The notes beneath the pieces were generated by a model. That model searched no databases and was not told the DNA's origin. It saw only the letters and a program-made list of their open reading frames with translations. 64,000 bases of DNA from positions 23,560,001 through 23,624,000 of the forward strand of contig NC_043007.1 of NCBI RefSeq assembly GCF_006345805.1. Reading direction: 5' to 3'. The stretch comes from Octopus sinensis (lineage: Eukaryota). Below, one piece after another: positions 54,480 through 64,000 of the stretch (position 1 is the first letter of the stretch; every line of letters begins with the position of its first letter). The position numbers and the translations under genes were made by a program.

Positions 54480-57050
54480 GGACTTCCACCACAATTGTTA
54501 ACAAATGAAAGGACCTACCTGATACTGAACGCCGAATTAAAAAGAAACGCTGCCTCAAATTATTGACGAATTACATGTCTACCAGTTATATAGGAACTCT
54601 CAGCAGGAATAATTGCAGAAGACATAAACATACCTTTACAGGAAACACCTTGTACTTGATGAGCAAAAAGGCTATCGAAAAAAAAAGCTGAGGGAGAACG
54701 AATGATCAATTGGTGATCGATACAATGGAACTGGGGAATTACAGAAAGAGACTAATAGATTTATGCATCGTATGGATCGATTATAGAAAAGTGTTCTACG
54801 GAGACCCACACTCATGGATCAAGCGATGCCTAGAAACGTTTATGTTATGTCGCACGTTCGGATGACCTCTACTCAACTCCCCCGACTGCAACTCAACTCG
54901 ACTCTACTCTACTGCTCTCTGTTCTAGTCTCTCTCCTACTCTCGTCTCCTGACGTTCTAGGCTTCTCCCTACGTATTGGGCTAGCCTACTTCATCGTCTG
55001 GAGGCGTCTAAACAGCAGTTTAAGATCTTGAAAAGGGTTAGGTGCCTGGAGAGTAGAGTTGACGTCAGGTGAGGATTTAGCGGGTATACTGATCAAAAGA
55101 GGAATCTTTCAAGGGGTCAGCCTCTCCTCTTGTCTTGTTTATGATAACACTGATCCCTTTGCCGATTGAGCAAAGTTAAGAAAGGATATTCACAAAGGAA
55201 AACGAGAAGAAAAGTGAATGATCTCTATATTCATGAGTTAAAGCTTTGTGGCAAAGAGAAAGATTAAAATGTTTATTTAATGCAAACCGTAAGAATATTT
55301 AATAGCAACATTCGGATGACATTCGGAATCATGAAATGTTTTATGACGGAGATAAAGTAAGGAAAATCCGAAAAAAGTTCTGGAATAGATCTACCTAATG
55401 ATAAGAATATAAATCTTTAAACGCAAAAGAAGCATTAATATCTGGGAATACGGCAAAGCAACAAAATCAAAAATGCAAAAATTAAGGAAGCCTTCAGAAA
55501 AGGCTGTTTTCGCAGAATATGAATTTTTTTATCTAAATTGAATGCGGATAACATCATGCAAGCAAAATACATGAGGGCAGCATTACTAGTGAAGTATGAA
55601 GCAGAAATTATTGACTAGAGGCAGTATGAAGATGAAGGATATTGACGAGAAAAACGAGGAAGCAGTTGATAATTCACAGGAGTATGCATTCCCAATGAAA
55701 TGTGAATGCTTTGCGCTGGACAAAAGCAGAAGGAAGAAGGTTAATGAGTGCTGAAGATGTAGAAGAAACAGAAAATACACGATCAGGTTATATTTCGGAA
55801 GAAAAGCAGAAACACTCCTTAAGGATGTAATAAGTGAAAGATTATTTACGGAATTTGTAGAACTCAAAACAAAAAAAAAGAAATCAGGGAAAATTGTAGG
55901 AAAGGGGAAATTCGTCTTTGAAAGAAAGAAGCTTCATTCTGTGTTTTCCTTTTGTTTTGTTTTTGTTTTTAAGACAAAAGAGATGAAATTACAATGACGA
56001 CTTTGGTTAAAGAAGGAAAATTGAAGAAAAAGACCGAAGGAATAATTCTGAGAAGACAGGAACAGGCTCTAAGGTTAAACAGGAACAGGATAACGATAGA
56101 TCAGCAGGACTGTTCACCCAAATGTAGAATGTGTGATAATTCAAACAAGACTGTTCTTTGCGATGTATTTGAATGTAGTTTAATCGACTTGACATGATAC
56201 CAGAATAAAAAAGATGGAAAGGAAAACGAAAAATGTAAAGTATTATACCGTCTTGGAATAGGAAAACCTCAAATGATGGAACAAAAAAAGTTAATAAGAT
56301 CATGATTCCAGCCAATTACCATTGGGGTGTTTAGAACACGGACAAATAATTTGAGAACAAACGTTAGAATACTTTGGCAATAAATACAGTACTGAAAAAA
56401 TGTTTATTAAGTTCAGCAAAATCTATTCGGGATGTTCTCTTTATGCAATGGATAAACAAATATGATTAGCAGAAATTTTTTTAAAAACTCTATATAAATT
56501 GTACAAAATGTTCCTCATCCTATACTGTGAGTTGTAACTCGATAAGAAATATAATTAAACTGGGCATAGCCCCATACCCAGACAGAATAATGAATATGCA
56601 TAGGGAGCTGATTGTAGCAGAAGAGTTTGACTACAAACCAGAGGCTGTGGTAGAGAACGAAAATGACAGGATATTATGGGATTTTCCCATTAACACAGAC
56701 CATAATACCAAAGCAAGAGGATCAGATGTGATTATAAAGGACTAAAGAAACAAACAGTGTAAGCCCATAGGCTTTGCAATTCCACATGATAATAGAGTGG
56801 AGACCAAAGAAATTGAGAAATATCAGGATCTATACTGAGAGACGAAGGGATTTTCGGAAGTCTGAAACGACAATTATTCCTGTGGTAATTGGTGCACTTG
56901 GAACAACACCCAAAATGCTACATAAGAGACTGAAGAATAATGGAATTGAGACTTGTATTGTCAATTTGCAGAAACGTTCAAAGCTTGTATTCTGTAAGAC
57001 GCCAGAGAAGGAGTCTTGTGGTTTGAGCAGCCAATTAATTTAACATGGAA
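54480..57050 (+). mobile_element. 5'-truncated degenerate R4/Dong-like LINE (RT, CCHC region, RLE), ending in (AAT)n
   Basis: DEQKG, WIDYRK, PHSWI, KRGIFQG, LKKKTEGII, PKCRMC, ILWDFPINTDH and IPVVIGALGTTPK in broken frames. Confidence 0.85.
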
Positions 57051-57072
57051 TAGCTTTTAAATAATAATAATA

Positions 57073-57148
<76 letters not shown>

Positions 57149-57230
57149 CATTATTATAGTAATTGGGTTTTTTTCTTGACCACAAGGGCCAAACTCAAAA
57201 CAAATAGGGACAATACAAAGCTGGACACGG

Positions 57231-57261
<31 letters not shown>

Positions 57262-57264
57262 TGC

Positions 57265-57331
57265 CAAGACGAAGAGCGCGATTCGACTGTAAGATATTTT
57301 ATTAGTTGAACGAATCGCGCTCGTCGTCTTG
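57265..57331. other. GC-rich 67-nt hairpin
   Basis: caagacga-a-gagcgcgattcg pairs with cgaatcgcgctc-g-tcgtcttg. Confidence 0.7.
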
Positions 57332-57372
57332 ACTGGTTACCTTTGTGAAGAGTTACGTCAATCCTTTTTGAA

Positions 57373-57407
<35 letters not shown>

Positions 57408-57454
57408 TAATAATAATAATAATAATAATAAAGGATGAGGAGGAGGAAGAGGAT

Positions 57455-58000
57455 CGTTTCGTTTATTGTCACAAAGGTGACGAATGGTGGAGCATTACAG
57501 AGACAACTTACGAAAAGTGTTGTAAGTTTACACTGGAGTCGGATAAATAAAAAATAGAAAGAAAATAAATGGCAGCAAAAATGTGTGGTAGAGTGACCAT
57601 TCAGGTGGACCGTTACCAAGAACAACTCAGTAAACCCCACAAAACCAAGATTACTAAATGGAAGCGCCCTCTTCCGACAGACGTTCCTCGATTTACAGCT
57701 AAATACTGGGAAGAGGCCCATTTAGTCGGGCAATGCTCGCCACTTCCATCTACTCGCCATCTTCCATTTACATGAAAACTACAGCTCCCCCTCCACCGTC
57801 ACATTCTTCTTCATATAGAGTTTGAAAAAGTCAATGAGGGCTTGGCCAGGTCCTTTCAGTCGAACCCACCAAAGATACTCATTCACCACAGCCACTAGAC
57901 AAAGGAAAACTGCCCTTCTCGGCCAAAGGAAAGCGGTGAAGCAATTTTCAAGATGGACTAGGGCAATAGACGGTTCTGTTCTACACGCAAATTCAGCTGT
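57455..58000 (-). mobile_element. 3' end of a Tx1/L1-like LINE
   Basis: FLCLVAVVNEYLWWVRLKG..GQALIDFFKLYMKKNVTVE C-terminus followed by a 3' UTR with AATAAA. Confidence 0.5.
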
Positions 58001-58299
58001 TCGGTAAAAAGAGATCGATATAATAAGTACTAGGCCCTTCAAGGCGGTACCCCAGCATGTCCGCAGTCCAACGACTTTAACAAGCAAAATATAAAAGATG
58101 GGAGATACATGTGAACATTTTATATTATCTTCGAATTACTTGATACCATATTCAAATTTCTAATCCCACCTCACGTTGTGAAGAGATAGTGACCACCTTT
58201 TATATTAACGGCAAATCAAAGGACACCGAATGTGTTTGAAGAATACGATTTCTTTAAACGGGTAAGCTGCAGAATAGTCCACACTTATGTACGACAATG

Positions 58300-59390
58300 G
58301 TTTCAAATTTTGACTCAAGACCAGCACATTCGGGAGAGTGGATGAGTCGATTACATTGATCCGAATGCTTAACTGATACTTATTTTATTGACAGCGAAAA
58401 AATGAAAGGTAAAGTCGACTCGGCAATATTTGAACTTAGAACGTTAAATTGGAAGAAACGTCACAAAGCATTTTATTCCGACGTGGTAACGATTTTGCTA
58501 GCTCGCCATTTCGGTTTCAAATTTTGGCACATCGACCCCAATACTTCGCTGGTACTTTATTTTATTAACCCCGAAAAGATAAAAGGTCAAGATGACCTCG
58601 GAGGATTACGAATCTTTTCTACTCTAGGCACAAGGCCCGAAATTTTGGGGGGAGGGGCTAGTCGAATAGATCGACCCCAGTACGCAACAGGTACTTAATT
58701 TATCGACCCCGAAAAGATGAAAGGCAAAAGATGAAAATTCCTCGGCGGAATTTGAACTCAGAACGTAAAGACAGACGAAATACCTATTTCTTTACTGCCC
58801 ACAAGGGGTTACACACAAAGAGGACAAACAAGGAAAGACAAACGGATTAAGTCGATTACATCGATCCCAGTGCGTAACTGGTACTTATTTAATCGACCCC
58901 GAAAGGATGAAAGGCAAAGTCGACCTCGGTGGAATTTGAACTCAGAACGTAAAGGCAGACGAAATACCTATTTCTTTACTACCCACAAGGGGCTAAACAC
59001 AGAGAGGACAAACAGGGACAGACAAACGGATTAAGTCGATCATATCGACTCCAGTGCGTAACTGGTACTTATTTAATTGACCCCGAAAGGATGAAAGGCA
59101 AAGTCGACCTCGGCGGAATTTGAACTCAGAACGTAGCGGCAGACGAAATACCGCTAAGTATTTCGCCCGGCGCGCTAACGTTTCTGCCAGCTCGCCACTT
59201 TCGGTTTCAAATTTTGGCACATGGTCAACAATTTTAGGGAAGCAGATAAACTGATCACATTGACCCCAATACTTTGCTGGTACTTTATTTTATTGACCCC
59301 GAAAAGATAAAAGGTCAAGTTGACCTCTGAGGGTTAGGAATTCAGAACGCAAAGAACCAGAAGAAACACCGTTAAAACTTTTGCTAAGAG
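58300..59390 (-). mobile_element. SINE family A cluster including a trimer (58612-59198)
   Basis: Junctions at 58783 and 58967 (period 184). Confidence 0.88.
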
Positions 59391-59399
59391 TGCCGCTTT

Positions 59400-59480
59400 T
59401 TTATGTATGGTAATAAAACTCGGGCATACATCTTCCCCACGATGCTCATCACACTGGTTCTTTTGTAATTATCATTAATT
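59400..59480 (-). mobile_element. Small RTE-like RT fragment
   Basis: NYKRTSVMSIVGKMYARVLL resembles NYRGISLLSIVGKxYARVL. Confidence 0.5.
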
Positions 59481-59699
59481 AATTTATAACATTTTATTTT
59501 CATTACGGTGCAGATGCTAATGCATTTAAAAAAATTTAGTCGGGAATCGAACAAGTTTACCGACACAACTGGAAAAAAAACTGATTTTGTGTTTTCCAGT
59601 AACAGGCTACCACACTTCTTCAACCTCTTTGTTATTGCTTTCTGGGATATTTTCTTTATTATTCCTTAAATTTAAATTCAAACTTGTAATTCTATCAAT

Positions 59700-60010
59700 T
59701 TGTTTTGTTTGTTCCTTCTCGAGTCATCCCTGGTTCATAAGGGCCGGTTTCCCGGTTTCCTTGGCGTATAGGTTTCCCCACCTGGACGGGCCGCGGGCCG
59801 TCGCAGGTGAGCCGCAAGATGCAGGAGGAAAGAGTGGGAGAAAGTTGTGGCGAAAGAGTCAGTAGAAGTTCGCCCATTATCTTCTGCCGGAGCCGCGTGG
59901 AGCTTAGGTGTTTCGCTCATAAACACACACATCACCCGGTCTGAGATTCGAACCCGCGATCCCTCGACCGTGAGTTCCCTGCTCTAACCACTAGGCCATG
60001 TGCCTTCACA
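59700..60010 (-). mobile_element. Family C-related SINE with type-3-like tail
   Basis: tRNA head ggcctagtggttagagc...ggttcgaatctc and a similar core and tail. Confidence 0.75.
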
Positions 60011-60193
60011 TAATCCTATCAATTATGGGTAAATGATTATCTCCCTTGTACTCACTGTCCACTAGCATGTCATTCTTGAGACGATAGACATATTAAATGT
60101 CTTTTCATCTTTATTCCAAGTTGTGTAACACCTTCCGGAGCAGCTCAAGTGTTGCTGAGATATATTACAGATTCGTTGAACCAGTGGTTTAAA

Positions 60194-60364
60194 TCACTGA
60201 ACATCTGGAACATTCAGTGCAAGTTGCCTCCATATGGCCAGTTCTTTAACAAACGCTGGGTCTTCATATGCATTTTGAAACCCTCCCTCAGGTTGAGACA
60301 ACGGAATCTCTTCGTAGTTAAACAATACGTTAGAAATAGCAACCAAAGTTCTTGTAAATCTTAT
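60194..60364 (-). other. Candidate terminal coding exon of an unidentified minus-strand gene (IRFTRTLVAISNVLFNYEEIPLSQPEGGFQNAYEDPAFVKELAIWRQLALNVPDVQ*)
   Basis: 56 open codons with protein-like composition after a cagtAG acceptor. AATAAA ~80 nt downstream (plus strand 60110-60115). No family recognised. Confidence 0.3.
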
Positions 60365-60430
60365 CTACTGTCTTTAATAAGGAAAGGACAGATTGGATAA
60401 TGGTTTTACAGATTGGATAATAGTTTTATA

Positions 60431-60591
60431 GGCGCAGGAGTGGCTGTGTGGTAAGTAGCTTGCTTACCAACCACATGGTTCCGGGTTTAGTCCCACAGTG
60501 TGGCACCTTGGGCAAGTGTCTTCTACTATAGCCTCGGGCCGACCAAAGTCTTGTGAGTGGAATGGTAGACGGAAACTGAAAGAAGCCGGTC

Positions 60592-60641
<50 letters not shown>

Positions 60642-60815
60642 AATGTATATGTGTATGTAACTTGGCAACCGGTGTTGGTTTATTTGCGTCCCCGTAACTT
60701 AATGGTTCACCAAAAGGTAACGATACAATAACTACCGGGGTCGAGTTGTTCGGCTAAATCCTTCAAAGTGGTACTCCAGTATGACCGCAGTCCAGTAACT
60801 GAAACAAGTAAAATA
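60431..60815 (+). mobile_element. SINE family B
   Basis: Aligns to 29448-29862. Confidence 0.85.
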
Positions 60816-61235
60816 CGAAAGATCGATATAAATGAGTTAAGATGCAAAAAATTATTCAGCATTTATTTCCGTATTCAGTCAATGAAGTATAGATATCAAT
60901 GAGAAATACACTCGGGTCTGACTTACGTAATACAGTAAGTTAAAAAAAAAATCAAAAAATACACTGCGATCAACAAATATTAGCCAAACAAAAAGCCCGA
61001 CTCCAGAATGGGAAAGCAAAATAATCAAGGGATATAACCATATTGTCTAAAAGTTTCGGTCAACTAACTTAATAGGAGTTATCGCCCTTGCTTGTTGTTT
61101 TTCGGCTTCTTACTTTTTGTTATGTCATGCTGGCGATCTCTAAAAATAATGAAATAGTGTTATACATGATTACCACTAGCTAGAAATTTCTTGAACATCG
61201 TAATATGTAATCAACGAAATTCTTTTATTCTTCCT

Positions 61236-61625
61236 TTTCTTTTATTAGTTTCGGTCATTTGACTGCGGCCATGCTGGAGCACCGCCTTTTAGTCGAGCAA
61301 ATCGACACCAGGGCTTATTCTTTGTAAGCCTAGTACTTATTCTATCGGTCTCTCTTGCCGAGCCGCTAAGTGACGGGGACGTAAACACACCAGCATCGGT
61401 TGTCAAGCGATGTTGGGGGGGGGACAAACAGACATATAAAATATAAATACATACATACATATACACACACACACATATATATATATATATACGACGGGCT
61501 TCTTTCAGTTTCCGGCTACCAAATGCACCTCACAAGGCTTTGGTCGGCTCGAGGCTATAGTAGAAGACACTTGCCTAAGGTGCCACGCAGTGGGATTGAA
61601 CTTACCACACAGCCACTCCTGCGCC
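61236..61625 (-). mobile_element. SINE family B with a deletion in the head
   Basis: Aligns to 29448-29862. Confidence 0.85.
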
Positions 61626-61915
61626 TATAAAATTATTATGTGTATTCTATTTTCTATCCAGCTTTTTCTTTATTAATTCCAAATTCAAACTTTTAATCCC
61701 ACCAAATATTATGAAGAAATGGTTATCTCTCTTGAATTAACTTCCCGCTTTGGGACATCACGTAAAAGGTAGATTTCTTTTGTCTTTACTAATCGGTCGG
61801 GTAATCTCACTTGTTCGAAGTTTTTTTTCAATCCTTTATATCACATTTGCAAAACCCTATGGCAATCGTATTTGCTAAGTCCGACGTTCCCCTGTGGTAT
61901 TTTCCCTCGGGCATA

Positions 61916-62306
61916 TCTTTATATATAAAACTGTAGTTGTGTGAGTGTCTGTCTCCTACGATTTAGATTCCTAACTACTCCCACATTTTGCGGTACAGTT
62001 TAACCAAAAGCGGGTATCTTATAGTCGAGCCCTTCTAGGTATTAGCGCACGTCTACGATGAGTCTACGATTTTAAAAATAATTTACCGTCATTTTTTCCA
62101 TTTTAATGCATTTTTTCGCTATTATATAAGGGAAGTAACTCTCTAAAAATGTCTACGATGAGTCAAAGATTTTTTTTAAAAATTTACCATCATTTTTTTT
62201 CCATTTTTAATGCATTTTTTTTTCTATCTTTTGGCTATAACTCTATAAAAATGCTTATATAGTTATTTCCTTTACAAACCTGAGCAACGCCGGGCGATAC
62301 TGCTAG
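61916..62306 (+). mobile_element. Non-autonomous Helitron sharing its 3' module with 45547-45929
   Basis: A|TC 5' end; identical 3' cctgagcaacgccgggcgatactgCTAG|T. Confidence 0.8.
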
Positions 62307-62589
62307 TTATCAATAAAAAAAACATGAGCTTGGCGGTGTCTTTTTTTGCGACGTTCTTTTCTATGTTTGGACATATTTAACTTAACTTCTTGTTTAGGAA
62401 TTCAGTTGGTATTTTACTAATGTAATTTATTTTACTAATGTAATGGCACAAATATTTCCCGACGCTCTCAGTTCTTAACCGCAAAACACCAGTCCAGAAT
62501 CCAGGAAATAACCAATTATATACCAGACCATGGAAAGACAGAGTGGAGGTCGTCAAGAGTGACTTGCGTATTCAACCTTCTTTTCATTT

Positions 62590-63720
62590 GTCAAGTTGGC
62601 TGGTTAGCTGGCTGGTCGGTTGGTTGGTTGGTCGGTCGGTCGGTCGGTCGGTCGGTCGGTCGGTCGGTTGGTTGGTTGGTTGGTTGGTTGGTTGGTTGGT
62701 GTGATAGTTCTTTAGTTGGCTGGTTGATTGGTTGGTTGGTTGGCTGGTCGGTCGGTCGGTCGGTCGGTCGGTCGGTTGGTTGGTTGGTTGGTTGGTTGGT
62801 GTGATAGTTCTTTAGTTGGCTGGTTGATTGGTTGGTTGGTTGGCTGGTCGGTCGGTCGGTCGGTCGGTCGGTCGGTCGGTCGGTCGGTCGGTCGGTCGGT
62901 CGGTTGGTTGGTTGGTTGGTTGGTTGGTTGGTTGGTTGGTTGGTGTGATAGTTCTTAGTTGGCTGGTTGATTGGTTGGTTGGTTGGCTGGTCGGTCGGTC
63001 GGTCGGTCGGTCGGCCGTCGGTGTGGGTCGGTCGGTCGGTCGGTCGGTTGGTTGGTTGGTTGGTTGGTTGGTTGGTGTGATAGTTCTTTAGTTGGCTGGT
63101 TGATTGGTTGGTTGGTTGGCTGGTCGGTCGGTCGGTCGGTCGGACGGTCGGTCGGTCGGTCGGTTGTTGATTGGTTGGTTGTTGGTTGTTTGGTTTGGTT
63201 AGTTGGCTGTTTGGTTGTTTGGTTGGTTTGTTGGTTGATTGGTTGTTTGATTGTTGGTTGGTTGGTTGGCTGGTTGGTTGGTTGGCTGGTTGGTTGGTTG
63301 ATTGGTTGTTGTTGGTTGGTTGGTTGGCTGGTTGGTTGGTTGGTTGGTTGGTTGATTGGTTGGTTGTTGGTTGGTTGTTTGTTGGTTGGTTGGTTTGTTG
63401 GTGTGATAGTTCTTTAGTTGATTGGTTGGATTGGTTGGTTGGTTGGTTGGTGATTGTTGGTTGGTTGGTTTTGGGATTTGGTTGGTTGGTTGGTGATAGT
63501 TCTTTAGTTGGCTGTTGATTGGTTGGTTGGTTGGTTGGTTGGTTGATTGTTTGTTTTGGTTGGTTGGTTGGTTGGTTGGTTGGTTGGTGGTTGGTGGTTG
63601 GTTGGTGTGATAGTTCTTTAGTTGGCTGGTTGATTGGTTGGTTGGTTGGCTGGTCGGTCGGTCGGTCGGTCGGTCGGTCGGTCGGTCGGTTGATTGGTTG
63701 GTTGGTTGGTTGGTTGGTTG
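62590..63720. repeat. Compound (GGTT)n/(GGTC)n satellite punctuated by a recurring gtgatagttctttagttggc spacer
   Basis: Spacer recurs ~7 times; source of the spurious 408-aa ORF. Confidence 0.9.
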
Positions 63721-63842
63721 GTTTTGGGTGGTTTGAAGGAAAATATAAAAAAACAACAAGCACTTCAACAGAGCTGAATGACTTGATTAAATCATACAGC
63801 AGGGTGAATGTGAACATGTGTATTTAATAATATATCTAGTTA

Positions 63843-63885
<43 letters not shown>

Positions 63886-64000
63886 CCTATACATCTACCT
63901 GCTTGTAGATACATGCATGCATACATACATACAGACAAACATAAAATTACTGAATACTTACGCACATACATGTATGCATATACACACACACGCACACGCA

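Noticed and set aside
62700-63630. CRISPR-like array
   Set aside because: Eukaryotic context, the 'spacers' are simple repeats, and there are no cas genes.
62591-63827. 408-aa PTNQ-repeat ORF and VGWL-repeat ORFs
   Set aside because: Products of the GGTT/GGTC satellite; no unique coding content or splice context.

Overview
AT-rich, microsatellite-dense eukaryotic DNA. The SINE families and repeat content suggest a cephalopod (Octopus-like) genome; this is my inference from memory, not a database search. The window is mostly intronic or intergenic and dominated by transposable elements. These include several tRNA-headed SINE families, three decayed Tc1/mariner relics (DD34D and DD37D), hAT-, MULE- and Helitron-type non-autonomous elements, and degenerate LINEs (R4/Dong-like, CR1/L2-group, RTE, Tx1/L1, Penelope-like). 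Only one host coding exon is well supported: 35267-35770 (+). It is the terminal exon of a class III nucleotide cyclase (GKGRMKSYWL) and ends in a CaaX box (CSLI*), resembling atypical soluble guanylyl cyclases. I could not find its upstream exons. Most ORFs in the supplied track are microsatellite or SINE artefacts. The most unusual observations are: minimal hammerhead-ribozyme-like motifs with non-canonical cores, one family sitting in a ~150-bp monomer; a two-hairpin motif shared by loci 29 kb apart; a possible second cyclase-like last exon; and head-less SINE multimers that share one junction at four loci. Repeat boundaries were read by eye and are approximate (about +/-10 bp) unless a target-site duplication (TSD) or terminal inverted repeat (TIR) is given.
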